DNA of 64,000 bases, taken from positions 124,001 through 188,000 of the forward strand of contig NW_005434672.1 in NCBI RefSeq assembly GCF_000315625.1. The letters run 5' to 3'. The DNA is from Guillardia theta CCMP2712. Lineage: Eukaryota > Protista > Cryptophyta. The notes under the pieces are model-generated. The model was not told the DNA's origin and did no database searches. It was given only the letters and a program-made list of their open reading frames with translations. The stretch's first letter is position 1. Each line of letters opens with the position of its first letter. A program made the position numbers and the translations under genes. Of this stretch, positions 50,281 to 61,288 are shown one piece after another.

Positions 50281-51110
50281 ATGGTAACATTGTTGTTGAC
50301 ATGTCTCGCAATTGAAGAGAATTTTGCCTCGACAGACTGAGCTTTTATCTGAAGACAAGCTGCAGGAAGTGCAAGAAATCTTGAGAGTATTGCCCATTGC
50401 TCACGCTGCTGGCTATTTCCTTATCCTGATCTCCATCTCAGATCCTTGACAAAAAGGGGGAAAACATCATACATTCATCGGATGTGATGACATTGTTTCA
50501 AGCCTTGCACTGCAACTTATCGATGAACGAGTTGCAAGAGCATCTCTTGGTATTCAACTCAACTCATCGCCGCTTGACTTGACCTATCTTCAGATTCTCG
50601 ACCCTCAGTCGAGCGGAGTGATCAAGATCCCAGAGCTGATGCCTTTCATTGCCAAGAGATTGCAAACCCGTGAGACTACAGATCAGCTTATTGTATGTCA
50701 AATGCCTCAACAAACAACTGTTCTTCATCATTGACCTCTCAACACAGGATGCCTTCAGGGTCTTCGATAAGGAGAATCGAGGTGGAAGGAGGGTGGTGGT
50801 GGGAGAGGAATGCGGTGAGATCATATGCGTCAGGATTGATATCAGGAGAAGAGTTGCGGCACGTTCTCACTCGCTTCGGGGAGCCGATGGATGAGTCGGA
50901 AGCCAATGATTACATCGCAGAGGCAGAAGCCAAGTGTCCTGACGTCAGGTGATCTGCTGCTGCTGTGCGCGACTGTCAGACGTGCTGAAGTTTTAGTTGG
51001 ATGCTCTCAGAGCGAATGGCGAGAAAACTGGGATGATCAACTACCTGGCGTTTATTGGTGTTATGCTTGACTTAAGTGAGGAGGAGATCGCAAGTGCTGG
51101 CTTACAATGA
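50281..51110 (+). CDS. Calmodulin-like EF-hand protein with degenerate EF hands, multi-exon
   Basis: ATG|intron|TELLSEDKLQEVQEIL; DAFRVFDKENRG|LISGEELRHVLTRFGEPMDESEANDYI; GMINYLAFI. Confidence 0.85.
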
Positions 51111-51522
51111 AACAATTGAGTAAGAATACCTTCATTCGATCATACAGGAAAACACAATGCAACGCTAACGTCACTTTGTGTGTCAGTGTTTCTAACGCAT
51201 CAGAGCAGTCGATGTCACAGGGAAGGTGAAAATTGGACGATGCGAGAGAAGTCGCAAAATTTGTACTCGAGGCCACACGAAGGACTGGTGGTATTCGATT
51301 CAGTCAGCAGGATGCTTTGACCGTAGTACTCGCACGCGACTGTGCATCCCTTCCTCCAACTTCTTCGCCTTGCAGTCTCGATGTCACTGTCTCAGTCTCA
51401 GTCTTCTCTCCATCTCTGTCGTTCCCCGCCATTCGCTTCCTTGGGCTCCTCGCCGAAAAGCATTTTCGCTCCCCCGCTCTCTTCCAAACCCACCCCACCC
51501 ACCCCAACAAAAAGTCGAAGGT

Positions 51523-51549
51523 GGGGGGGGGGGGGGGGGGGGGGGGGGG
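51523..51549 (+). repeat. Poly-G tract (~27 nt)
   Basis: Directly visible. Confidence 0.9.
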
Positions 51550-51609
51550 TAGAGTGAGGGGTGCTTTTTAAAAGGAACACTTGTCCAAGTTCTCGGGCAA
51601 CCGGTCGGC

Positions 51610-54021
51610 ATGCCGCCATGCGGGAGCGTCATAACGGACGTCGAGGACGTGCGGGAGCAGCTCTCTCTCCCCTCCCACCTGCCGCCCAGCGAAGTTGTGC
51701 GTCAGGCCTTCGCCTTGATGAAGCTCGACTTGCCAGAAAACCGCAGTGTAGGGTACGCGGCCAGGCGGATGCGGATGCACTTGGAGAGTCGAGCAAAGGA
51801 GGAAGAGGAGGATGAGGATGAGGATGAGGAGGAGGAGGAGGATACCTCATACCTCGTCAAGCTTTGCGAGAGTGAACTACATAAGGAGGCTGACAGGACT
51901 GATACAACTGAGCAGCTGGTGATGGAGGCCCGGCGCCTCTTATCGCTTCCACGCGATCAGATGGCTGACGAATGTTTCCGTACGATCAAGAATGGTCAGG
52001 CTGATCTACAGACGGTGGGTCAAGCCTGCCGTATTCTGCACATCCTGTCAATCAGAGACGAGACAGGAATCAAAATTTACGATGACGGTGTAGTGGACGC
52101 GATAGTATCTGTGATGGAAGCGGCTGAAAGAGACCCATCGGTCCTGTTGTCGGCCTGTCTGTTGCTGAGGTCGATCGCAGCTCTTCTGGACAAGCCCGAC
52201 ATCGAGAAACTGTCTCAACGCTTGATCAGAGCGATGAACGACCACAAAGAGCACGAAGAGTTTCAGCTTGTAGCCATGGACTTGATCTCACGCATGGTCC
52301 ATGACGAGGATTCTGCACTAATCATGGGTGAAATCCCTGGAATCACGTGCTTGATTTCAAGCATGGAGCACCATGCGAATAGTCGAGCCATTCAAGAGAA
52401 AGGGTGTGGTGCGTTGGCAACCCTGATATCGCATGATGGTCAAAGCCTGGGATGTTTTGCTGCAGAGCAAGGGATAGATGCTGTCGTTGCAGCAGCGTTC
52501 AAGTTTCAAGATTCTCCTTCCATGTACGCTGCAGCAGCCAAGTGCATCTTTTTTTTATCGTCGGCTACCTTCTACTTGAACAGAGTTGCTTCTTGTGGAG
52601 GATCAGCGATCGTGTTGAGAGCCATGCGCCTGAACATGAACAATCCTGAAGCGCTCGAGGATGCATGCGGAGCTGTTGCTATCTTGAGCGAGAATGATAG
52701 GAACAGGAAGATCATCCTAGAAAGAGATGGTATCACGGCTGTCACTAATGTCATGAAAATGTATTGTACGCAGCCGATCCTCGGCTTAGTGGCCTTGAAA
52801 GCGATAAGAAATCTTGCAGTGACTCAGGAGCAAGCGAACAAGTTCTTTCAGATGGGAGGCTTACAGGCTATTGTGCAGATCATGCTTTGCGTGCGAGGAT
52901 ACATAGAAATAGAGTGGGAGGCGTGCAACACTCTGCGCGTGAATTCCTATTTTGCTGGCAGTTTGCTGGCGACAACAGGGGCATTGGGAGCGGCATTGGA
53001 CGCGATGAAAAGGTATCCCAACAATCCTGATATGCAAATCGTTGTATGCAAGATCATGGGGCATGTTTTATCGGACCCTGAGTGTCTCGAAAGAATCGGA
53101 GATGAAGGTGGGGCGGAGGTAGTGATGCAAGCCTTGGAAACACACCTTGAAAACCCTGATGTAGTCGTGTGGGGATGTCACACTATGTTGGGGCTGAGCG
53201 TTCGCCTGACACCCAAGATCTCTTTCATGCACTCGCAGCGATGGTCTGAACTGCTGGTGAAGGCCAAGGCGAAGCACGCAAAGCACAAGGAGATCCCGTG
53301 GATCTGCCAGGCTGCGATCAAAGCACGGGAAGGCAAGAGGCTCAGCCCGGAGGAGATGCTTCGATTCTTCGAGATCCAGGGGTTTCAGGTTGATCTTAGC
53401 AACATGGGGCTGGAGGACATGGATCTGAACTCTTCAGAACAACGAAAATTTTTGATGCGAAAGAGAAGCAAGAAACAAGGAGCACAGGCGCAACCGGCTG
53501 AGAACATTCGAGACATTCTCAATGACGATGAGATTCAAAGGATCGTAGCAAGCATTGAGGGAGACGAAAAAGGCGTGGAGAAGAACAATCACAAAAAGAA
53601 GAACAAGAAAAAATCGAGTACGGCTGCTTCGCAGGAGCAACGCCCAGGCAAGGACGAGGGTATAGCTGCTTCACAGGGGCAAAGTCAAGGCAAGGGTGAA
53701 ATTAATAAGGGGCAGCACAACTGCGTTGAGGACAGCATCGACGATCAAGAGGAGAGGATGCGTGGCTTGAGGATAGACGCTGCTTCCGCGGCAGCTGGTG
53801 TCAAATCCAAGTCAAAGCGCAAGAAATCAAAAGCAAAGGCTAAGGGCCGAGCGGAGGGGGACAGTGAGTGTGTCATCTGCCTGAGTGAGACGGCAACTCA
53901 CGCGTACGTTCCCTGCGGACATCAATGCGTTTGTGAAGGTTGCAGCTCTAAGTTCCAACAGAGGTGCCCTGTTTGCAATCAAGAGAGCACAGTCTGCATT
54001 CGAATTTGGAAGGATGTCTGA
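51610..54021 (+). CDS. Armadillo-repeat protein with C-terminal C3HC4 RING (putative E3 ligase), intronless
   Basis: ARM repeats (IQEKGCGALATL, LEDACGAVAIL); CVICLSETATHAYVPCGHQCVCEGC....CPVC. Confidence 0.9.
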   Translation: MPPCGSVITDVEDVREQLSLPSHLPPSEVVRQAFALMKLDLPENRSVGYAARRMRMHLESRAKEEEEDEDEDEEEEEDTSYLVKLCESELHKEADRTDTTEQLVMEARRLLSLPRDQMADECFRTIKNGQADLQTVGQACRILHILSIRDETGIKIYDDGVVDAIVSVMEAAERDPSVLLSACLLLRSIAALLDKPDIEKLSQRLIRAMNDHKEHEEFQLVAMDLISRMVHDEDSALIMGEIPGITCLISSMEHHANSRAIQEKGCGALATLISHDGQSLGCFAAEQGIDAVVAAAFKFQDSPSMYAAAAKCIFFLSSATFYLNRVASCGGSAIVLRAMRLNMNNPEALEDACGAVAILSENDRNRKIILERDGITAVTNVMKMYCTQPILGLVALKAIRNLAVTQEQANKFFQMGGLQAIVQIMLCVRGYIEIEWEACNTLRVNSYFAGSLLATTGALGAALDAMKRYPNNPDMQIVVCKIMGHVLSDPECLERIGDEGGAEVVMQALETHLENPDVVVWGCHTMLGLSVRLTPKISFMHSQRWSELLVKAKAKHAKHKEIPWICQAAIKAREGKRLSPEEMLRFFEIQGFQVDLSNMGLEDMDLNSSEQRKFLMRKRSKKQGAQAQPAENIRDILNDDEIQRIVASIEGDEKGVEKNNHKKKNKKKSSTAASQEQRPGKDEGIAASQGQSQGKGEINKGQHNCVEDSIDDQEERMRGLRIDAASAAAGVKSKSKRKKSKAKAKGRAEGDSECVICLSETATHAYVPCGHQCVCEGCSSKFQQRCPVCNQESTVCIRIWKDV

Positions 54022-54324
54022 ACTGTAAAATTTCACGCCTCGTCGCAAGATATTTCTGATGTACTATCATTGTTTTTCTCGACAATTATTTCCACGAGTA
54101 AACAGAGAGAGAGAGCGAAGTCAAATGAGCTTGTACCCCATGAGCCAATAGCGAGCATGTAGTTGAACGAGAAGCTGAAAGATAAGTGTCTTCCAACACG
54201 AGGCAGAGATGGATTCAAGAAGAACATGGAAACAAGAAAAATGGCAGGCCGTTGTGATATGCAAGGAAAGCTTGCTGATTGCGGAAGGATTTGGATCCAG
54301 CAGGGAAACGAGGTGAGAAGGGGA

Positions 54325-54350
54325 GGGGGGGGGGGGGGGGGGGGGGGGGG
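54325..54350 (+). repeat. Poly-G tract (~26 nt)
   Basis: Directly visible. Confidence 0.9.
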
Positions 54351-55076
54351 CAAGATGATTTGGAAGTGCTGCAAGCCTTTAATATTTGTATAGAAGTTTC
54401 ATAATGGACAGCAGTTAAGCTCAGGTTTCCAAAGGGGAGCTCATTTCTTCCCTCTGCCTCTTTACTTGAAAATATGCACGAGATCAGGGGGTTGATCATG
54501 CGGCGGGCGGTTGCGGCGGGATGATCAAGGGGATGGTGGAGGTCGAGGAGGTCAAAGGTGTCTTCCTCGTCGAAGCAGGAGGGTGTGAGACTTGAGCTCG
54601 CAGTTCGGCAGAAAACTCATCAAGAGCAGCAGAGAGTGGGAGAAGAATGCCGCAGGAGGACTGAGGGGTACTAAGATACACGAGGAGATCGAAGAGGAGC
54701 AGGGGCAGGTACTACTGTTGCTGCGGAGAGCGGAAAGGGTAACTCCGCCTCATCGCATTTTAAAACACTGAGGACAGCAACGAGTCGTTTCTCGAAATCA
54801 GTCGAATCCACTCGAAGATTCTGGATCTCCCAATTCCCCCGGTCATGAACTCATAGCATCCGAAAGACTCTGAAACGCTGTGCCCTGAGAGTATGACTGT
54901 CAAAGATACACCGATCCATCACAGCTTACAGGGTCATCAGTCACGATCTTCTGGTCTCCGTGACCTCCGTATTCCCCAAGTTCCCCCAATCTCCCCAACT
55001 TATATTACATAGCCCCCCCAACCTTGCGCACCTCTCCATCCCCAACCTCCAGCACACGCTGCTCTCAGTATAACGA

Positions 55077-55691
55077 ATGTCCTCCACTCAATCCTTCGAT
55101 CATCTCGATGCTCTCTTCTTGGAGTACGTTGTCCAGGAGCCTCTGTCCAACCATTTCAGCCTGCCCCTTCCAGTCACTCAGCTGCACAAGTGCGATAATG
55201 ACAGATTCCTGGACTCCGCTTCTACTAGTTTCCTCGACCAAGACTTTGACATCTTTTCAAACGAGGATCTCGTTTTCGAGCACTGCCCTATCATGTTGCA
55301 GTGTGATTTGCCCGAACTTGAGCCTGCAAAACGCGAAGCTGCTGTTGAGTGTGCAGTTAAACCTACTCGTGGACCTCCTGCTGTTTTGAATGTTGTGCGA
55401 GTCCAGTCACGGCAGTCCTTCTTCCAATCCGACAAGCCCGTCGAGATCACCCTCGAGCGCCTTGCCGAGCACTTCCACGAGAGCCTCGAGGTCGCGGCGG
55501 CCAAGATCGGCATCGGCAAGTCGACGATGAAGCTGGTGTGCAGGCAGCTGGGAGTAGAGAAGTGGCCGTACAAGTTCTCAAAGAATCTAGAAGCGAAGGC
55601 CTTGAGACGATCAGAACCAAGACTTTCTACACAATCACGCCATTCGGATTCTTCTGATACGGATGGGAGCATCGATGGCGTGTTTTTGTGA
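55077..55691 (+). CDS. RWP-RK transcription factor (copy C), intronless
   Basis: VRVQSRQSFFQSDKPVEITLERLAEHFHESLEVAAAKIGIGKSTMKLVCRQLGVEKWPYK. Confidence 0.9.
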   Translation: MSSTQSFDHLDALFLEYVVQEPLSNHFSLPLPVTQLHKCDNDRFLDSASTSFLDQDFDIFSNEDLVFEHCPIMLQCDLPELEPAKREAAVECAVKPTRGPPAVLNVVRVQSRQSFFQSDKPVEITLERLAEHFHESLEVAAAKIGIGKSTMKLVCRQLGVEKWPYKFSKNLEAKALRRSEPRLSTQSRHSDSSDTDGSIDGVFL

Positions 55692-56374
55692 AAGACTCGA
55701 AAAGTATTTCATAGGTTGAGCCTTGCATTGTATTTTTCCACGATATGTGCAGTTTGTCAATAGAATGTCCTGAAAACACTTTCGAAATAAGCTCAAAAGA
55801 ATCATTTTCTTTTCCTCTTCAGCTTGATAATAGATGGGCGCGAATCCAGTTTATTTGACCCAGTTTATTAGGCAGCAAAACTGAAAGCAGCCAGTATAGT
55901 CGGTAGATTTGCCCTAGCAGCAAAGCCACCGGACTCCCGAGGCTTCGAGTGTGCTTCCAACACCAAACACCGCAGTGACGTCATCAGCGGGAACCCTCTA
56001 AATTTTGCTCTCCCGCAGCTGCTGACCCTTTGTCGAAATAGTCTACCCTCCTGCTGAAAAGCCGTGCAAGTGCTTCGAAAAACTCTCTTCTCCTCTTCGT
56101 GCAAGCTCTCCAAAAAAAACTCTCCTCCTCTTCGCTGGCGTTGAAGCCTGATAAAAACACAAACTTTCCCGATGATCCGTGGATCATGTCAGAGAGCTGC
56201 CCATACAAAATCTTGTACGGATCAAAGAAGGGTATCGCAAGGTCCCAGAGTCCCCTGTTAGCCCGATCTCTTTCCGTACTGCTCGTCGGAAGCTTTCCTG
56301 GCCTTTCAGGAGCTGATTCATCAGACTCTGAGAGCCAGCTAATGTCACTTGATCACTGGCAACATTGACATCAT

Positions 56375-56900
56375 CAGGGCCTCTGCCACCCGGGCCGGAA
56401 AACCAAGCCTGAAGCCTGTCGGCACTGCCGTCCAGACTCTCGCCGGGGGGCCGGGCAGTCCGGCGGTTCAACCCGGTGACCGTTGAACGGCGTGCGGCCG
56501 CCCGCAACGGGTGACAGTTCATGATCATGGCATAGGCTGAGGGCCCGGACGCCGTCGGATGAAGCATCCGTGACTCTGTGAATTAAAGAATTCAGTCCGT
56601 CTGTTCCCTTCACAGAGTCACCCGGTGATGTACGCCGGTACTCAGAGTCTGTTCCGAAGTTCTCATTCAACCGGCCGGGCGTTCACGGTGGCACGGTTGG
56701 CCCTCTCAGTCTGCCGGGGGCGGCCAGACTCTGCCGACCGGACCGCGGCACTGCGGCACCCGAGACTCTCGGACCGTACGGTCGCCGCCTGTTCCGAACC
56801 GTCCGGCCCGCCGGGCCGCGCCCGGCCGCAGGCGCTGTTGGCCCTCTTATTATTTTGAAACCGTGATCGGGTCATCGAGCGATGATCATCGGTGATCGTC
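56375..56900. other. GC-rich word-mosaic island 8
   Basis: TTCCGAAGTT at 56652, GACCGTACGGTC, TCATGATCATG, TCGGATGAAGCATCCG. Confidence 0.85.
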
Positions 56901-57313
56901 ACGAGCCCTCCAGCCGTGATTTTACTGAAACGATGCTTGATCCTTCGATTGTTCTTATCACAGCTTCACTTCAGTTCGCAACCTTTGAGTTTCAATTGCT
57001 AGATAACGCAACCTTCTGCTTTCAGGAGCTAACCTTGGTTGTCGAAATAAGCTATTTTCGAAGGAAGGTCACGTCAACAAATTCCGCATCCCTTCACCTC
57101 AGGATCTATTCCTATGACCACTCTAAGGACGTGGACATACTGAGGCTTTAGGGAAGGGGGACTTCGTGACCTTCGTGACCCCTTCCCTCGCTTCCTTTCA
57201 AGTTCTGGTCTGATCTCTTGAAACGAAATCTTGTCTCGAGCAACCAACCCCGCCACTACTAGTCACAGGTCTTCCCCTTCGAACTGGTTGTTTCTCCTAC
57301 GTCTCGTCCAAAG

Positions 57314-57892
57314 ATGGATTTCTCTGAGTCATCCTTTATTGAATACAACAGCATACTGTCGGAGTATTGCTTCGATGATCGTTGTTTCCTGCCGCTCTCT
57401 CACCCTTCAAGACTGCCTATACCAGAGATGGAGGATTTTGTTGCTAGCAATCAGTCATCTACTCTCGAGCAGGATTTGATGAGCGACGAAAATGATATCA
57501 AGCATGGTTGGCATTCACACAACCTTGCACGAGCTGAAAACTGCTCAGAAAATTATCAAGAAAAGGGCCATCAGCGTCGTGCCTCTTCTTCGGACAAAAC
57601 ACAAGAAGGAAGAAAGCTGTACGGCACAACACAACACACATTTGCAGTTCGTGTCCAGTCACGGCAGTCCTTCTTCCAATCCGACAAGCCCGTCGAGATC
57701 ACCCTCGAGCGCCTTGCCGAGCACTTCCACGAGAGCCTCGAGGTCGCGGCGGCCAAGATCGGCATCGGCAAGTCGACGATGAAGCTGGTGTGCAGGCAGC
57801 TGGGAGTGGAGAAGTGGCCGTATAAATGCAAAGGAGCTCGAAAGACCAAGGCAGGTCCCAAAAAACTTGTCGGGATGGACTGCATGTTCTGA
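57314..57892 (+). CDS. RWP-RK transcription factor (copy D), intronless
   Basis: Same RWP-RK core as copy C. Confidence 0.9.
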   Translation: MDFSESSFIEYNSILSEYCFDDRCFLPLSHPSRLPIPEMEDFVASNQSSTLEQDLMSDENDIKHGWHSHNLARAENCSENYQEKGHQRRASSSDKTQEGRKLYGTTQHTFAVRVQSRQSFFQSDKPVEITLERLAEHFHESLEVAAAKIGIGKSTMKLVCRQLGVEKWPYKCKGARKTKAGPKKLVGMDCMF

Positions 57893-58019
57893 TAGCTGAG
57901 GAACATTTCCTTTCAACTTTCACCTTGCTCTTGTATAACAGTAAATTCGCTTTTTGTTTAGCTTGAGTATCATATGATTCAACTTTTGTTTTGTCAAAGT
58001 TTAATTTGCCCATCATGAA

Positions 58020-58165
58020 CCGTGGCAACTTCACTGGCCAGCGAGTCAGGCCCTCGCCGCTGGCAGGCTGGCCCGGCCCGCAGGCCCGGCGCACTGCCGC
58101 CGCGAGCCGCTGTGACAGTGTCGCGGCCTGGTCTTCGAGGCTTCGCCGAGTCGGCCCAGTGGACT
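58020..58165. other. GC-rich word-mosaic island 9 (small)
   Basis: GGCCCGGCCC, CCGAGTCGG, CGTGGCAAC. Confidence 0.6.
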
Positions 58166-58385
58166 TACATTCTGGGGTCAAACCGCGTTGGTTCTCGTCC
58201 CATATTTTCAAGGGGGTGGTGCATGGGAAAATGGGGGTACACGGCGTGTGATTCGCGCAGGTTGAAATTCTGTACTGTTGAAATTCAAACCATGTTCAAA
58301 ACTGTGATTAAAAGTGATTTTGGATGTTTAGCTTATCGTTTCCTGGTACCTTCTAAAATGTTTTAATTCTACACGCCATCACCCA

Positions 58386-59923
58386 CTACCCCAGTGCGTC
58401 TTCCCTCGCCATTCTTCTCTCATGTCGCGAAGCTCTTCTCTGCGGATCCTTGTCTTCAGTGTTTGAGTTTTGTGCGAGCATGTTAGCCCAAGTTGCAGTG
58501 ACTCGCAGCAGGTGACTCTCATCAACATCTCTCTTCGTCAAACCCTCTGCGTCGGTTGGTGAAAATGTTATTATGCCATAATCTGTTTCAAAGTCTGGAT
58601 CATATTTTTGAACGCATCCATGGAAGGGGACGAGTAAACCACGAACACACACGAGCATGAAGAGACTCTCAAGTATTTTGTGAGAGGAGAAGGTGCAAAT
58701 GAACTCGTTCCATCACACAGGTATGGAGTTCTTCTGTGGATTGTTCATTTTCTAATCGTTGTGCACAGGTAGCAAAAGCCTGGCGATGTTGAGAACTAGA
58801 TTCTGCATGCTTGTAGCTGAAGCGTATTGCAAAAGTCCAAGAGCTTTATTCCATGCAGACTTTCATCTTTATGTGCTGGATGGAATATCATATTTATGAG
58901 AGATGCTTCACTGTGCCACATGACTTGTTCAGATCATGTTTGAACTTCTCCGCCTTTGAATGATGCATCTCTTGTTGCATGACTTCAAAACACTTTGTGA
59001 AGATGCATAGTCTTGTATATATCCATGTCCACATGCTCAAAGCCTTGCCTCTTTGTGACAAACAAGATTGAAACCTCTTCAAGACAGCAAACTCAACCGC
59101 ACGGTGTTGGATGGCAGTGCACCTACAGCATGTGCTTCCATTCTGTTGTGCGCGCAGTTGGAGAAGTTCCATATGACATTGTGGTTGTCATTATCATTGT
59201 CTGGGAGTCCGTGTCAATTTGCTGATAGTTCGACATCCTGAGATAAACGCTTCGAATGAATAATAAATGTCAAATCAGATATCACCTCCAACCTTGATTC
59301 TACATTAATGTCAGTCTGGTTGCAACGCACAATGGATTCTTGCATGCCAGCTTACAAGCTTGAGTCTTGATCCCTGATATGATCTGAGGCTTAATTGGAC
59401 GTCAAAAGCTCCACCATTAGGGAAGCCAAGCAAAGTTGATGTATTTCAGCAAATATGCAAACATGCAAATAACCTGAATGAGGAGAGTTTGAAGAGAGGA
59501 GGGAAGAATCAACAAGAGCGTCGTGAGAGTCAAGTAATTGGCATATTTCAAAGAAGCAGAAGTCATCAAAGTTGTTCTGATGATGTGAAGCAACGATGTA
59601 TCGAAGCGTACAGAAGATTTGCCGTGCCGAGGAGGGAGTCAAGTGAGATGTGATTGCACCTTAATTAAGCGGACTCGTCATTATCTTACAGATTATCTTA
59701 TTCAGTTCACTTTTCAGATAAAGTACATTACTCTGAGAGCCCAGAAGTCTTGAAGAGAAATTGATGATACGATTGACTTAGTCGTTGGAAATGTAGGATG
59801 ACGAACTCATGCAGCCTTGATCCACTTCTACAAGATCACCATGTCAGAATATGTGCTGGATTCTTGATGCCAATGGTACCTTGCGATCATGTTCTTACTT
59901 GGCGGTTCTTCACCTGTGCTCAT
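58386..59923 (-). CDS. Hypothetical multi-exon protein
   Basis: GCCACCATG start (MSTGEEPPSKNMIAR|GT), short introns, terminal exon ...RRASRHERRMAREDALG*. Confidence 0.45.
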
Positions 59924-60319
59924 GGTGGCAGCTCGCTGACCTTGCTGCTGTGCTCGCCCGGCGGCTCAGCATGACGGCTCGGAGTGCGATTAGACGATGG
60001 GAATGATGGGAGCGTTTCCCCACCCTCATTGATAGGGTGGGTCATCAAAATTGTTTTAGATAGTACAAATTAGCAGTTATGAACCGTTACTCAGTACAAC
60101 TGTTTGTACCACGGATTCGAATAAACAATTCATTGCCGTTAAAACAAATGGACACGCCAGTTCAAAATTTGAAGCACCCCTACCACTGATATTACCGAGC
60201 AACACCCCTCAAAAAACATGGGGTACACTACCACCGGTATCCTATGAGAACAGCATACGCATTCCTCTTTTGCGTTAATAAAGACCAACGCGGTTTGACC
60301 CCAGAATGTTATCCGACTC

Positions 60320-60635
60320 GATGAGACGCTGCCCGGCCTCCGTGGCAGGCTGCTGACACGGTTGCTGAGTGCGCCGCGGCGCCTCCGAGGCCGTACGGTA
60401 GTCACCGTGACGGTGGCCGCAGGGCAGGCTCCGAGCCAGCGGCCTGGCCGCAGCGGCTGCGCAGCCGGGGGCGGGCATCCTCAGGAGAATCTTTACTCAG
60501 GCTGCCCCCAGGGCCCGAGCTGACTCAGTGAGGACTCATTTTGAGTGACCGCCGGGCGGCCCGGCCCGGCCTTCAGTCAGTGCCGTCAGTTCAGTAGCCG
60601 GGCGCCGCGAGGATCGTCTGACGAACCCCGAAACT
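60320..60635. other. GC-rich word-mosaic island 10 (upstream of PGK)
   Basis: CCGTACGG, GTCACCGTGAC, TGACTCAG, CCGGCCCGG. Confidence 0.8.
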
Positions 60636-60689
60636 TCTCGAAGCATCAATTCACCACCACCGGTTCTTGATTGTCCTAGGACAAAAAAA

Positions 60690-61260
60690 AAGAGTGGGGT
60701 GTAGACTCAGATTTTGGGGGTACGGTACTGGGGTGTCTGTGGTTAGGAAGTAAGGGTATCATGTTATAGCAATTATCATAGACTACGAATTATGAAATAC
60801 CCAGTGAGAGCTGCCTTGTTCTTCTAATTTTCTGGTAGACCCTTCAGGGTCAGAATCCTACCACCACCCCTTGCACCCTTATACGCTTGTCAGCACCCTG
60901 CGAAAGCGGATCAACGTACAGGGCATTCACACACCCGTACCGCGTTTCGTTCACCCTACCCACCCCTAAACTATTACGAAAGCCCAGTATACCACCGTAC
61001 CAGGACCATCCTCTTTCACACTACCCCTGGATTCCATGAATCGACATCAGAGGGTACCTTCGGGGCAAAGGTAGGGTCCATATGTGAGTTGAAACAAGGT
61101 GTGTGCGCGGGGATTTGAGGGGTACTGGATGTTTGCTACAAAGATGACGGTGTGTTCCAGGGTGGGGTATCTTACAAGGTGAACAGCTGCAAGACCACGG
61201 GGTGGTGTTTTCAGAGGGGGTGGGTACCTGGTGGGGCATTTGCCGGTGGGGTACAGCAAA
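60690..61260 (+). promoter_or_regulatory. GGGGTA/TACCCC-rich PGK upstream module
   Basis: Dense GGGGTAC/ACCCC/GGGTGG words between island 10 and the PGK ATG. Confidence 0.55.
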
Positions 61261-61288
61261 GCGAAGCTCTGAGGTGTCCAAAGCAAGC

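Noticed and set aside
61202-61288. N-terminal extension (targeting peptide) on PGK
   Set aside because: Starts at a GTG within G-rich promoter sequence; ATG 61289 matches cytosolic PGK starts
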